From the NCBI GenBank assembly GCA_026418615.1, contig JAOAAY010000004.1:32874-96873 (forward strand): 64,000 nucleotides of DNA. Direction: 5' to 3'. Source of the DNA: Candidatus Sumerlaeaceae bacterium (GTDB taxonomy: Bacteria > Sumerlaeota > Sumerlaeia > Sumerlaeales > Sumerlaeaceae). Below, one piece after another: positions 40,813 through 51,144 of this stretch. Below the pieces are notes generated by a model that ran no database searches, was not told the DNA's origin, and was given only the letters and a program-made list of their open reading frames with translations. The position numbers and the translations under genes are program-made. How positions within the stretch are numbered: the first letter of the stretch is position 1; every line of letters starts with the position of its first letter.

Positions 40813-41649
40813 ATGTATTCGTTATATCGGGTTCTGTCTTTGCGAGCCGTGGCTTCGATCTTATGCATGTCCTTTTCTTGTGCCGGGATCCAGGCCGCCA
40901 TCAATACCTACGATTTTCAGACCACGACGGGAGTTTACACGGCCGGCGTGACAATCCTGAACCCGCCGGCACCGCCCGACGGTACGGGACGGATTCGCAT
41001 CGGCTCGCAGGCGGGCAGTTTCACTTTTGCCAATCCGGGAAACCCGGCGGTGGGCACCGATTCGGAACTTGTCGGCGTTGCGGCCTCGGGGGCTTCTGTC
41101 AACAAGTTCAGTGTTTATGGCTATACGGCGGACAAAACCTTTCACACCCGTTTCACGATGCTGCTGACGGGCGGATCCAGCGGCTATTGGCAGTTCTTCC
41201 AAGGCGCCGGATCCATGTATTCCGACAACAACTCGTGGACAGGGGCGCAGATCTTCACGGGTATCGAATGGGCCTTGGGCGCCGGTGGCACCGTTTCAAC
41301 GCGCCGGCGCGTTGCCGCCTCGTGGACATCTCCAGACACGACGACCTTCGCGCAGAACACCGTGTATAACATCGAAATTTACGGCAACAACTCGACAGCC
41401 GCCGCCACCTACAGCCGCGGCGGTAACACCTACACCGTGGCTGCCAACCAGTGGGACATGTGGGTCAACGGCACGCGGTACGCCGGTTTGGCCAAAGGAT
41501 CGCTGGCAAATGACACCAATGTGGACTCGTTCGTCTTCATGGGCGGCAGTTCCACGGGCAATGTGGCCACAATCATTCTTGATGACTTCCTGTACGGCGG
41601 CGATTTGGCGACCGTGCCCGTGTCCGTGTCGCAGTTTTCCGTGGAGTAG
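40813..41649 (+). CDS. hypothetical secreted protein (possible beta-sandwich/lectin-like)
   Basis: Signal peptide MYSLYRVLSLRAVASILCMSFSCAGIQA. Thr/Gly/Asn-rich beta-strand composition. No catalytic motif. Confidence 0.5.
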   Translation: MYSLYRVLSLRAVASILCMSFSCAGIQAAINTYDFQTTTGVYTAGVTILNPPAPPDGTGRIRIGSQAGSFTFANPGNPAVGTDSELVGVAASGASVNKFSVYGYTADKTFHTRFTMLLTGGSSGYWQFFQGAGSMYSDNNSWTGAQIFTGIEWALGAGGTVSTRRRVAASWTSPDTTTFAQNTVYNIEIYGNNSTAAATYSRGGNTYTVAANQWDMWVNGTRYAGLAKGSLANDTNVDSFVFMGGSSTGNVATIILDDFLYGGDLATVPVSVSQFSVE

Positions 41650-41664
41650 TCCGCAGGCATCCGA

Positions 41665-42723
41665 TCAGTAGGCGCCGTACTGCCGGGCAAGGCTGAGGGC
41701 GCGCCGGTACTGGTCATAACTGACATTGGGCGGCACGCTGTGGTCGCTGTGAAAGATGTAGCCACCATGGCGCTTGGCGGCTTCCAATTTGGGAATAATC
41801 TCGCGCTCGAGAGCGGCCGGGTCCGGGTCGGCCATGGCGCGCGTGTCAATGTTGCCCATGAACGACAGACAGTCGCCATACTGGTTGACGAGTTGGCACA
41901 CATCCATGCCGGCCTTGACCTCGAGTGGCTGGAGGCAATCCACGCCAGCCTCGATCAGGTGGGGTATGAGCAGGTGGATATCCCCGTCGGTATGATAGAT
42001 GACCGGCGCGCCGCGCGCGTGGTGAAAAGAGCACAGCGCGCGGTCAGACTCCAGGATGGTCTCGCGGTAGAGTTTCGGCGAGAACAGCGGGCCGTTGCGG
42101 TAGGCCATGTCGTTGAAAAACCATGCCGCGTCAGGCTCGAAGCCCGCGGCAATCACCATTTCCGTCATCCTGAGGGTCAACTCGGCGACCGTCTCGACCA
42201 TCTCGCGGAACCAGCGCGGGTTCTCGATCATGATGACGAGCAGTTCCTCGGTCTTGATAAGGTTTTGCAGGTAATCAAAACCGATGACGGCGTTGAGAGT
42301 GACGCATTTGCCCTCGGAGCGGGCACGCTGGTAGCGGCTGCGCAGCGTGACCCAATCGCAGCGCGTGTAGTCGGGCTGGAGGCGCTCCTTCACACGCAGC
42401 CAGTCATCATAAGTTTTGACGCCCCAGTCAATGATTTCGGGTGTGCTGGCCAAAGAGCGCAAGTTGCGCCGGACGCCGCCGAAAGGCGTGGTCTCGACTA
42501 CATATTGGTCGTCGGCGTGAAGGGTTTTGATTTCGAACATCGGGGAGTTGTCAAACCAGATGCTGACGATCTCCCAACCGAAATGGTCTTCGGGGGAAAT
42601 CCCGGCCGGGTATCCCTCGCGTTCCCAACGGCGCATCGTCTCGACCCACACAGAATCGTGGATGGGGACGCGATCGGCCTTGTCGCGCCTGAGTGCCCTC
42701 AATACGCGTTCGCGGCTATCCAC
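41665..42723 (-). CDS. uroporphyrinogen decarboxylase (URO-D) family protein, MtaA-like paralog 3
   Basis: 352 aa, URO-D family composition (…VIYHTDGDIHLLIPHLIEAGVDCLQPLE…GYIFHSDHSVPPNVSYDQY…). Co-linear similarity with the ORF at 29336. Confidence 0.7.
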   Translation of the reverse strand: MDSRERVLRALRRDKADRVPIHDSVWVETMRRWEREGYPAGISPEDHFGWEIVSIWFDNSPMFEIKTLHADDQYVVETTPFGGVRRNLRSLASTPEIIDWGVKTYDDWLRVKERLQPDYTRCDWVTLRSRYQRARSEGKCVTLNAVIGFDYLQNLIKTEELLVIMIENPRWFREMVETVAELTLRMTEMVIAAGFEPDAAWFFNDMAYRNGPLFSPKLYRETILESDRALCSFHHARGAPVIYHTDGDIHLLIPHLIEAGVDCLQPLEVKAGMDVCQLVNQYGDCLSFMGNIDTRAMADPDPAALEREIIPKLEAAKRHGGYIFHSDHSVPPNVSYDQYRRALSLARQYGAY

Positions 42724-42735
42724 GGCAGTCAGGCA

Positions 42736-43755
42736 TCAGGCGCTGCGCTGCGCGAGTGTTCGTTCGATTTCCTGCAACCGCTCCCACGAAAGCAGTTCGC
42801 CATACTCGATGGCGTCCTTGAACCGGTTGAGGTCGAGGTGCATCAGGGCCCATTCCTTGTTGGTGTCATGAGCGACGATGGCACCGATCTCGTCAGTGGT
42901 CCAATAGACGGCCTCCCACACATGGCCGCCGATTCGGATGCGCAGCACGCGGCCGCGCTCGAGCGTATCCCGCGGTTCGAGCCGGCGGTGGTAGTGCGCG
43001 GGCGCAGGCTCGCGCTGAGCCTCCGGCTGTTCGGGAGCAGCGGCTGGTGCGGGCGGTGGAGTGTAGGCGGGCCTTGGTCGCGGGGGAGTGCGCTGCTCGA
43101 GCGCGCGCACCTTGGCGATATGCTCGTAACCGTCGAGGTGAAAGATGACCACATCGCGATCCCAGCGTCCCTGCGCGATCATGTCGGCAAATGCCTCGCG
43201 CGAGAGTTGGCCGATGCGCATCTTGTCGTACTGCTCGAGGAAGATGCCGCGCGGGGCTACCGTGCCGTCGGGCTCGAGGAAGTAAAACAAGGCATAATCC
43301 TTGCCGCTGACGGCATCCTTGTAAATGGCGAGGCTACCATCGTCGAAACACATGATGGTACCCATCTGCAAATCGTCGCCGGCGGGAGAAGCCGCGGGTC
43401 GGCGCGGGGGCGGCGCCGAGGCAGGAGCCGGTGGCGGTTGGGGGGGCTTAGCCCGGCGGGACGCCTGTGCCCGGGGCGAATCGTCCCAGTCGGTCTCGTC
43501 CAATTCGCTGACGGGCTTAGCCTCGACCTCCTCATCGTACTGCGAGGGCTGGCGTTGCGATTGCTTCAATTTGTCATAAAACGCTTTGTAACGGGGGTCG
43601 TCCTGATACGACCGCCGGTCACCCCGCGGATTATCCTCTGGCTTGCCTGGTTTGCGTTTCACTTCAGGGAGTCCTACCTCACCCGTAGCCTGCTCTCTCG
43701 CAACAGCGTACTTCCAGTCCTCCGCCCTGTCTGACGAACTGAGAGGACGGGACAC
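42736..43755 (-). CDS. hypothetical Pro-rich protein
   Basis: 339 aa with an acidic/basic low-complexity N-terminus, Pro-rich linkers (PPQPPPAPASAPPPRRP; PPRPRPAYTPPPAPAAAP), and two ~90-aa globular segments. The first ~300 nt have locally lower GC. Confidence 0.45.
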   Translation of the reverse strand: MSRPLSSSDRAEDWKYAVAREQATGEVGLPEVKRKPGKPEDNPRGDRRSYQDDPRYKAFYDKLKQSQRQPSQYDEEVEAKPVSELDETDWDDSPRAQASRRAKPPQPPPAPASAPPPRRPAASPAGDDLQMGTIMCFDDGSLAIYKDAVSGKDYALFYFLEPDGTVAPRGIFLEQYDKMRIGQLSREAFADMIAQGRWDRDVVIFHLDGYEHIAKVRALEQRTPPRPRPAYTPPPAPAAAPEQPEAQREPAPAHYHRRLEPRDTLERGRVLRIRIGGHVWEAVYWTTDEIGAIVAHDTNKEWALMHLDLNRFKDAIEYGELLSWERLQEIERTLAQRSA

Positions 43756-43804
43756 TGCATGACCTTGTCACCAAAAATTTCTATATCACGCAAGCGCCAG
43801 TGTC

Positions 43805-44743
43805 TCACAAGTTTGTCGCGGCTGAACTTGGAGCCTTCGCACCGGCTCCCGCCGGCCGGGCAGCCGTGCCGGCGCGCGAAGCCCGGGGAAGGCTCAGCAG
43901 TTCAGACACGGTCACAAACTCGAATCCGCGGGCACGCAAAGCATCAATGGCGCGCTCCGTGGCCGGCACCGTCGTTGGCAGGCGGTCGTGCATCAAAATG
44001 ATCGAGCCGTCCTCCGTCCCGGACACGATGGTCTGAACAATCTGGTCCACCGTCCGCTTTCGCCAATCGTTGGTGTCCACATCCCACAGTATGACCTTGT
44101 AGCCGAGGCGCTCGCAGACCTCCACAACGCGCTGGTTGTTCGCGCCATAGGGCGGGCGCATCGTGCGGGCGCGCCTGCCCGTCGCGCTGGTGATGAGAGC
44201 CTCGGTCCGGGTCAATTCGCGCTCAACGCTCGCGTCATCGAGTTTAGTCAATTGTTTATGCGAATAAGTATGGTTTCCGACCTCGAAGAGCGGATCTTGA
44301 AGCAAAGCGGCCGTGCGCATCTGGCCTGCGAGGCTCTCGCCGAGCAGGTAGAAAGTGGCCTTGACCTGCTTGCGTTTGAGCAAAGCGACGAGTTCAGGCG
44401 TGACGGTGGGATTTGGGCCGTCGTCATAGGTCAGGGCGATGAGTTTGCGGCCCGTAGGCCACGCAGTGATGGGCTTGGGACCTTGGGTTTCGGCCGCAGC
44501 AGTCGCGCGTTCCAAGCCGGGCACAATCTCGCTATAGCCCGCGGGTTCTTTCGGAGGTTTCGGTTTCGTTGCTGCCTTGGATTTGGCGGCTCGCACGGGT
44601 TGCACGGCGGTAGTGCGCGCCACACGATTATCCGAGCGTTGGGTTTGTGCGACCACCGCGGAGGGCAGCAACGCCAACAGCACCGCAGCCATCGTCGCCA
44701 AAAGGGTGCGGGCGCAACGGGTTCTAAAGCAAAAGGTTAGCAT
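43805..44743 (-). CDS. polysaccharide deacetylase (NodB homology, CE4 family), secreted
   Basis: LIALTYDDGPNPTVTPELVALLKRKQVKATFYLLG (TFDDG motif 1) and HTYSHKQL (motif 2, His). The start is probably the internal Met MLTFCF, because the longest ORF overlaps the U32 gene. Confidence 0.75.
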   Translation of the reverse strand: MLTFCFRTRCARTLLATMAAVLLALLPSAVVAQTQRSDNRVARTTAVQPVRAAKSKAATKPKPPKEPAGYSEIVPGLERATAAAETQGPKPITAWPTGRKLIALTYDDGPNPTVTPELVALLKRKQVKATFYLLGESLAGQMRTAALLQDPLFEVGNHTYSHKQLTKLDDASVERELTRTEALITSATGRRARTMRPPYGANNQRVVEVCERLGYKVILWDVDTNDWRKRTVDQIVQTIVSGTEDGSIILMHDRLPTTVPATERAIDALRARGFEFVTVSELLSLPRASRAGTAARPAGAGAKAPSSAATNL

Positions 44744-44838
44744 TGGCCTCCTATTACGCAAGCGGGGCCGGCGCATTCCACCGGGTAAGCGCGAGTGCAC
44801 ACGGCACGGATCAGCGGCATTGGCCGGACACCGACCCA

Positions 44839-47412
44839 TCATTCGTGGTCAAGGCTGCCGCGCGTCACGCCGAGTTTGCTCGCCACACGCAACTCGCGCC
44901 ACAACGCGTGCCCGTCGCGTTCGCCTCTCACCGCGGCCGAGTAAGACTCCACTACGCGCCGGACCGCCTGCCCATCCTCGTCGAGAAACTCAATCCGGAA
45001 CCGCCGCACCCCGGCGGTCAGCAGGCAGCCCAAGTATTCGCTGGCACTTTGAGCCACTGCGTTGAACACCGTGTTGCGGCATCCGGCATCGGCCTTGACG
45101 GGGTGAGCGAAACCCATACGGTCGCGCAGCGCCAGATGATGTGTGTCACACGGCCGCCCGCAATTGGTGTGATCCGTTCCCGTGCTGAGAAAGCGGCAAA
45201 ACACGCAATGCTCCATGTGGAACATGGGCATGTGCTGGTGGATCACGACCTCGAACCAGGCGGCCGGCGCATGAGCCAGAAGGTCGAGCAACTGGTCAAT
45301 GTTGAGGTCGTAACTGGGCGTAAGCAGGCCCATCCCGTGGCGGCGCAGGAGGCCCGCCGTCAAATCGTTGGCAACATTGAGCGCATAATCGCCGATGATT
45401 TCGAGATCGGGAGCGGCCTCCCGCAGCACATGCATGGCGGCAAGGCTCCGCACAAGCACGGCATCGGGACGGGCGTCGAGCAGTTTTACGGCCAGCGGAG
45501 CCTCGCCGGGTTTCATGATTCGCAGCGTGGCGGGTGCAAAACGCGGGCCGCCCGCGGCAATGAGCGCACGCGCCTCGCGATGCTGCCGGGGATTCTCAAA
45601 ATCCGTGTAAATAGTATCCACCTTCGGGTGCGCAGCGACAGCCGCAACCTGCTCCAAGGTGCGGCACAGGACGGACAGCCGGGCCGGAGGCGCCGATTCA
45701 CCGGTAGAACAGTCGGTCGCGCACAGTTCACGCCGAAGATCAGCCAAGGCTTCAGGATGCAGACGCCGGCCCCGGCCGCGCCGCCGGCGCGCCTCGAGCA
45801 GCGCCTCTGCCGCCCGGCGGCGCAGGTCATTGAGACGACTGAACGGCACCATCACATCGCCATCCAGCCGCACTTCGAGGGACTCCAACCGCAGAGGCGT
45901 GTTGCCGAGGCGCCCCAGATGATCCTCCAGCACCTCGCGCGTCAGCGGGCGCAGCGACGCCGAATCTGCGGGCGCCGTATCCGTCACGCTCACGGTCAGG
46001 CCGTCGTCATCCCTCAGAGTCAGCCTCAAGGGAGCGCCGGGTCGCCCTTCCACCACGGCGCTTACAGGTCTCCGGTGATGGATACGGCCCGGGGCGAACG
46101 ACGCTGCCAACTCCGCCTCGAGGCGCGGATCGCTTGTTTTCCAGACCCGGTCACCGGCTTTCACACGCCCGGTGCGCACCTGACCGCTGCGGAAGGTGAG
46201 CGTCGCCTCCACGGGCGGCTGCCCCGGCTTCACATCTAACTCCTTAACATTACCAAGCGCGCAATAAATACCATAGACACGGCCGCCCTCCTCGTCGAGG
46301 TCGGGGCGCCCCGCGTCAAAAACCACTCCGTCGCCGGCCCGAAGCGGTCCCTCCAGCGCCACCGTGATGCCTGCTGGCCCCGACCTCACCACACGCCCCA
46401 GATAGGTGCCGCGCTTCTTCGGATAGCGACCCTCCACCACGGCCTGATGATTGATCGCATGCAGATAGCCGCCCGTAAAGCCCCGGCTGAAGGTCATCTC
46501 CAGTTTGCGCCGGTCCCCCTCGGTGAGCGTCGGAGCCTTGAGGATTCCGTTGGAGCCGGAAAACACCTGGTCGAGGGCTGCCCGGTAACTTTGCACGGTG
46601 GCGGCCACATATTCCGGCGACTTCAGGCGGCCCTCGATTTTCATGCTGGCGATGCCGCTTTCGACAAGCCGGTGCAGGTCCTCGTAGGCGGCCAGATCGC
46701 GAGGCGACAAAAGATATTTGATATCGCCAGTCTCGCGCGGCTGGCCGTCCACGACGAGATCGTAGGGAAGGCGGCAAGCCTGCGCACAGACCCCGCGGTT
46801 GGCACTGCGCCCCCCGAGTGCCTCGCTCGTGAGGCACTGGCCGCTGTAGGCCACACACAGTGCGCCATGGACAAAGACTTCGATGTCGTGCTTGGGCAGC
46901 GCAGTTCGCAGCCGGGCGAGTTCCTTCACGCTCAGTTCGCGCGCCGCTATGACACGCTCGAAACGCAGGCCCAGAGCCTCCGCGCCAAGGATCGCCTCCG
47001 CGCAAGTGAGCGTCATTTGCGTGGAAGCGTGAACCGGCAGATCCGGCACGAGGCGCGACGCCAGAAGCGCAAAGCCAAGGTCCTGCACCAGCACCGCATC
47101 CACTCCAGCCTCGCTGCAGGCGCTCAGCAGGGCCGCGGCTTCGTCGAGTTCCGACGGGAAGATAAGCGTGTTCAGCGTCACATAACCGCGCACACCGCGC
47201 TCATGCAGCCACGCCATCAGGCGCGGCAGATCGGTCGCCGCAAAATTGTCTGCGCGCAGGCGGGCATTGAAGTCGGACAGGCCGAAGTAAACTGCGTCCG
47301 CGCCATTTTCGACAGCGGCGCGCATCATCTCCTCGTTACCCGCCGGCGCCAGCAACTCCGGCCGGCGCAACGCGGGTGGGGCGACAGCGGTCACGGCGCA
47401 CGCCCTCAGCAA
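44839..47412 (-). CDS. peptidase U32 family protein (collagenase-like; long form with DUF3656-type C-terminal region)
   Basis: N-terminus ELLAPAGNEEMMRAAVENGADAVYFGLSDFNARLRADNF is the U32 signature region. A second U32-like half is present (AMHVLREAAPDLEIIGDYALNVAN). 857 aa. It overlaps the upstream oxidoreductase by 7 nt. Confidence 0.8.
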   Translation of the reverse strand: MLRACAVTAVAPPALRRPELLAPAGNEEMMRAAVENGADAVYFGLSDFNARLRADNFAATDLPRLMAWLHERGVRGYVTLNTLIFPSELDEAAALLSACSEAGVDAVLVQDLGFALLASRLVPDLPVHASTQMTLTCAEAILGAEALGLRFERVIAARELSVKELARLRTALPKHDIEVFVHGALCVAYSGQCLTSEALGGRSANRGVCAQACRLPYDLVVDGQPRETGDIKYLLSPRDLAAYEDLHRLVESGIASMKIEGRLKSPEYVAATVQSYRAALDQVFSGSNGILKAPTLTEGDRRKLEMTFSRGFTGGYLHAINHQAVVEGRYPKKRGTYLGRVVRSGPAGITVALEGPLRAGDGVVFDAGRPDLDEEGGRVYGIYCALGNVKELDVKPGQPPVEATLTFRSGQVRTGRVKAGDRVWKTSDPRLEAELAASFAPGRIHHRRPVSAVVEGRPGAPLRLTLRDDDGLTVSVTDTAPADSASLRPLTREVLEDHLGRLGNTPLRLESLEVRLDGDVMVPFSRLNDLRRRAAEALLEARRRRGRGRRLHPEALADLRRELCATDCSTGESAPPARLSVLCRTLEQVAAVAAHPKVDTIYTDFENPRQHREARALIAAGGPRFAPATLRIMKPGEAPLAVKLLDARPDAVLVRSLAAMHVLREAAPDLEIIGDYALNVANDLTAGLLRRHGMGLLTPSYDLNIDQLLDLLAHAPAAWFEVVIHQHMPMFHMEHCVFCRFLSTGTDHTNCGRPCDTHHLALRDRMGFAHPVKADAGCRNTVFNAVAQSASEYLGCLLTAGVRRFRIEFLDEDGQAVRRVVESYSAAVRGERDGHALWRELRVASKLGVTRGSLDHE

Positions 47413-48395
47413 GCGGCCCGCTTCGCCAAAATCGAGGCGAGGATCAGCGCCCCGTGGTGGCGCGAATTCTCGATGAAGACGCTGCCGCTGATGTTGCCGC
47501 AGGTGATCACACCCGCCACATACAGACCCGGCACATTCGTCTCAAGGGTTTGCGTGTCGTGTTGCGGCGTATTGGTGTCCGGGTCCACCTCGATCCCCAT
47601 GCGCCGCAGCTGAGTGGCGTCCGGTTCATAACCTGTCATCGCCAACACAAAATCATTCGGCAGCCTCATCAAGTCGCCCGCGGCCGTCCGGATGGTCAGG
47701 TCGCGCGGCCTGATTTCCTCCACCCTTGCCCCGAAAAAGGCGCAGATCGCGCCTTCGCGGATCCGGTTTTCCAGATCAGGCGCGATCCAATATTTCAGGC
47801 CCTCCATGGCCGCCCCCCGGTGGATGAGCGTCACTTCGGCGCCTGCCCGCTGCAAAAGCAGGGCTGCTTCGGCGGCGGAACTGCGGCCCCCCACCACGGC
47901 CACACGGCGGAATGCGTAGGGGTGCACCTCCGTAAAATAATGCGACACCTTGGGAAGGTCCTCGCCCGGTACGCCCAACGGTCGCGGGTGGTCATAGGCT
48001 CCGGTCGCCACCACAACAAATTCGCTTTCAAACGAAAATGCGTCGCCGGCCTCATCCTCGCCGCCTACGCGAAAACCTCCGGACGGCTGGCGCTCCACAG
48101 CCTCCACCCGGTGGCCTTGGCGCACATCGAGGCGCTTGTCGCGCACAAACCGCCTCAAGTACGCGAGATACTCCTCGCGGGTCGGTTTGTCGTCGCGCAC
48201 GATGAGCGGGAAGCCTTCGAGTTCCAGGTTCGGCGCCGACGAGAAGAATTTCAGGTAGTAGGGCCAGCGGCGGATGGCGTCGGCGATAGAGCCCTGCTCA
48301 AGAACGACGACCGAAAGCCCCGCGTCCCGCAAATGCGCGGCAGCCGCCAAACCCGCAGGGCCGGCACCAACGACAATGACATCAAAAATTGACAT
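47406..48395 (-). CDS. FAD-dependent pyridine nucleotide-disulfide oxidoreductase (thioredoxin-reductase-like/YpdA-like)
   Basis: DVIVVGAGPAGLAAAAHL (FAD GxGxxG), a second Rossmann motif VAVVGGRSSAAEAALLL, and C-terminal GLYVAGVITCGNISG. 329 aa. Confidence 0.75.
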   Translation of the reverse strand: MSIFDVIVVGAGPAGLAAAAHLRDAGLSVVVLEQGSIADAIRRWPYYLKFFSSAPNLELEGFPLIVRDDKPTREEYLAYLRRFVRDKRLDVRQGHRVEAVERQPSGGFRVGGEDEAGDAFSFESEFVVVATGAYDHPRPLGVPGEDLPKVSHYFTEVHPYAFRRVAVVGGRSSAAEAALLLQRAGAEVTLIHRGAAMEGLKYWIAPDLENRIREGAICAFFGARVEEIRPRDLTIRTAAGDLMRLPNDFVLAMTGYEPDATQLRRMGIEVDPDTNTPQHDTQTLETNVPGLYVAGVITCGNISGSVFIENSRHHGALILASILAKRAAC

Positions 48396-48453
48396 TGCTA
48401 GTCGCTACCACCGCCGCGCCCGCTTGCTTCGGCAGCCGGCGGGGCCAACAGGC

Positions 48454-51144
48454 TTAGGTCGCCTGGCGAGTCTTGCGCCGTTTGGGCGCTTTTTTCGGAC
48501 CGGCAGCCGCCTTCGCCGCGATCAATTCCGCCGCCTGCTCGGCAGTCAGAGTTTCCGAATTTGTCGTTTTGGGCAGCGTAGCGTTGACCTTGCCGTCGGT
48601 GACATAGGGGCCGTAGCGTCCCTCCATCAGTTTGATCCCGCCGGGAAACTCCTTGATAGATTTCTGCGCCGCGGCCCGCCGTCCGCGCGGTGCCTTGGGC
48701 GCTGCGAGGAGTTCCAGAGCCCGCTCGAGCGTCACCGTGTAAGGACTCTCGCCCGCCGGTAGCGAACGGAACTCTTGGCCGTGCTGGACATACGGACCCC
48801 ACCGGCCTTTGTTGGCCAGGACCGGTTCGCCCGACTCAGGATGGCGACCCAGTTCCCGCGGCAGGCTCAGCAATTGCAAAGCCTGCTCGAGGGTGATGGT
48901 CTCCGCCGTCATGCCCGGCTCGAGACTGGCGCGGCGCGGCTTAGGCGCCTTGCGGTCACCTTTGGCCGGGTTGTCGCCCACTTGCACATACGCCCCGTAT
49001 CGGCCTGACAAGACATAAACTGGAAGCCCGGTCGCGGGATCCTCGCCGAGGCGCCGAGGCCCCTCGGCCTTCTGCCGGATCAGTTCGAGCGCAGACTCGA
49101 GGTTGAAGTCCGCGGGGGCCACCTCCGGCGGAATGTCCGCGAGGGTTCCGTTGCCATTGTCGCCGACCACCACATACGGGCCGTACTTGCCCACTCGGAT
49201 CCGAACAGGCTGGGAAGTTACCGAGTCCACCCCCAGCACGATCTCCGGCCGCTCGATTTCCTGCTGCTTCGTCTCGACAAGCGTTTCGAGGCCCGGCTCG
49301 TCCGGCGTGCCGCGATAAAATTCCCGGATGTGCTCCACCCACGACAGATCGCCGTTGGCGATGTTGTCGAGTTCCTCCTCCATGCGCGCCGTGAAGCGCA
49401 GGTCCACATAATGCGGAAAATGCTCGCGCAGCAATTGCGTCACCGTCATGGCCGTGAAGGTCGGCACGAGTTGGCGCGACTTGTTGAGGAAGACATAGCC
49501 GCGGTCCTGAATCGTGCTGATGATTGAAGCGTAGGTGGAGGGGCGGCCGATGCCCTCCTCCTCGAGTTTTTTCACCAGCGAGGCTTCCGTATAACGCGGC
49601 GGCGGGGTGGTTTCGTGCCGCTTCGCCGCAACTCCGACCAGCCACGCTTCATTGGTCGCGCGCGCCTGAGACTCGTCGCTGTAAACTTTTTCGCCCACCT
49701 TGAGGTCGGGAAGAATGACCTCTTTGTCGCCGAGGTCGGCGGCCGGATCGTCGCTGCCCTCCACATAGGCCCGGAGGAAACCCGGAAAAAGGATTTTTTT
49801 TCCAGACGCGGTAAACACGGCCGCGCCTGTCGCACCGCCCGTCTCGGCGGTCAACTCCACGGTCGTCCGCAGCAGCCGCGCGTCGGGCATCTGGCTGGCC
49901 ACGGTGCGCTTCCAAATGAGATCGTACAGCGCCAGGTCCTCGCGGCTCAGAAACGGAGCGACATCGCTGGGCCGGCGGCTGATTTCCGTGGGCCGGATGG
50001 CCTCGTGCGCCTCCTGCGCGTTGGCGGTCTTGGTGCGGTATTGGCGCGGGCTGCAGGCATACTCGGGGCCGTAAATATCCGCGATGACCCGCTGCGCCTC
50101 GCCCAAGGCTTTGTTGGAAAGCGTCACGGAGTCCGTGCGCATGTAGGTGATGAGCCCCACCCGCTCGCCGTCGCCGAGGTCTACGCCCTCGTATAATTTC
50201 TGCGCAATCTGCATGGTGCGCTTTGCGCCAAAGCCAAGTTTGCGGTTGGCCTCCTGCTGGAGTGTGGAGGTCGTGAACGGCGGATTGGGCCGCTGGGTGG
50301 TCGGCGTTTCCTCCACGCGCGTCACGGTCCACGGCAGCGCGCCGCGCACCGCCCCGCAAAGGTCGCCCGCCGCTTCCGCCTCGAGCAAGTAGGTCCGGCT
50401 GCCCTCGCTCAGGCGCCCCGTCGAGGGGTCAAAGTCTTTGCCGGTCGCCAGCCGCTGCCCCCCGAGCGACACCAGTGTCGCCTTGAATGACCCGCCCGCC
50501 GTGGCCACTTCCGCCTCGAGGTCCCAGTACTCCGCGCTGCGGAAGCGCGCCCGCTCCTCCTCGCGCTCGGCAATCAGCCGCACGGCGACACTCTGCACGC
50601 GGCCGGCACTCAGACCCGGCTGCACCTTGCGCCAAAGCAGCGGGGAAAGTTTGTAACCAAACAACCGGTCCAGCACGCGCCGGCCCTCCTGAGCGCGCAC
50701 GAGATTCTCGTCAATCTCGCGCGGCGACCGAAGCGCTTCTTCAATGGCCTCGCGCGTAATCTCGTGAAACACAATCCGCCGCACGGGCACCTTCGGCTTG
50801 AGCACCTCGCACAAATGCCAACTGATTGATTCGCCCTCGCGATCCTCGTCGGTCGCCAGCAGCAGTTCCTTCGCCTCCTTGAGCGCCGATTTCAGGTGCG
50901 CGATGTGCCGTTTCTTGTCAGGAGGAATAACATAAACCGGTTGAAACTGGTCGTCAATGTTCACCGCAAAGTCGGCCCACGGCTGCGATTTGTACTCCGC
51001 CGGCAGTTCCTTGCGGCTCGACGGGAGGTCGCGCACATGGCCGTACGAGGCCTCGACCCGGTAATCCTTCCCGAGAAACCGGCTGATGGTCTTGGCTTTG
51101 GCAGGCGACTCGACAATGACGAGAGAAGTCAAAACGCTGGGCAC
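48454..51144 (-). CDS. topA: DNA topoisomerase I
   Basis: Toprim N-terminus LVIVESPAKAKTISRFLGKDYRVEASYGHVRDLP, an active-site Tyr region, and four C-terminal GRYGPYV-type repeats with no Cys. The tail is Lys-rich (KAPKRRKTRQAT). Confidence 0.92.
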   Translation of the reverse strand: MPSVLTSLVIVESPAKAKTISRFLGKDYRVEASYGHVRDLPSSRKELPAEYKSQPWADFAVNIDDQFQPVYVIPPDKKRHIAHLKSALKEAKELLLATDEDREGESISWHLCEVLKPKVPVRRIVFHEITREAIEEALRSPREIDENLVRAQEGRRVLDRLFGYKLSPLLWRKVQPGLSAGRVQSVAVRLIAEREEERARFRSAEYWDLEAEVATAGGSFKATLVSLGGQRLATGKDFDPSTGRLSEGSRTYLLEAEAAGDLCGAVRGALPWTVTRVEETPTTQRPNPPFTTSTLQQEANRKLGFGAKRTMQIAQKLYEGVDLGDGERVGLITYMRTDSVTLSNKALGEAQRVIADIYGPEYACSPRQYRTKTANAQEAHEAIRPTEISRRPSDVAPFLSREDLALYDLIWKRTVASQMPDARLLRTTVELTAETGGATGAAVFTASGKKILFPGFLRAYVEGSDDPAADLGDKEVILPDLKVGEKVYSDESQARATNEAWLVGVAAKRHETTPPPRYTEASLVKKLEEEGIGRPSTYASIISTIQDRGYVFLNKSRQLVPTFTAMTVTQLLREHFPHYVDLRFTARMEEELDNIANGDLSWVEHIREFYRGTPDEPGLETLVETKQQEIERPEIVLGVDSVTSQPVRIRVGKYGPYVVVGDNGNGTLADIPPEVAPADFNLESALELIRQKAEGPRRLGEDPATGLPVYVLSGRYGAYVQVGDNPAKGDRKAPKPRRASLEPGMTAETITLEQALQLLSLPRELGRHPESGEPVLANKGRWGPYVQHGQEFRSLPAGESPYTVTLERALELLAAPKAPRGRRAAAQKSIKEFPGGIKLMEGRYGPYVTDGKVNATLPKTTNSETLTAEQAAELIAAKAAAGPKKAPKRRKTRQAT

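Noticed and set aside
41740-43734. 664-aa plus-strand ORF
   Set aside because: It is antisense to the URO-D paralog 3 and the Pro-rich protein gene. The opposite-strand products have coherent domain structure and this one does not.
44743-48392. Large plus-strand ORFs (498 aa, 388 aa, 338 aa)
   Set aside because: All are antisense to the U32 peptidase and FAD-oxidoreductase genes, and their translations are low-complexity.
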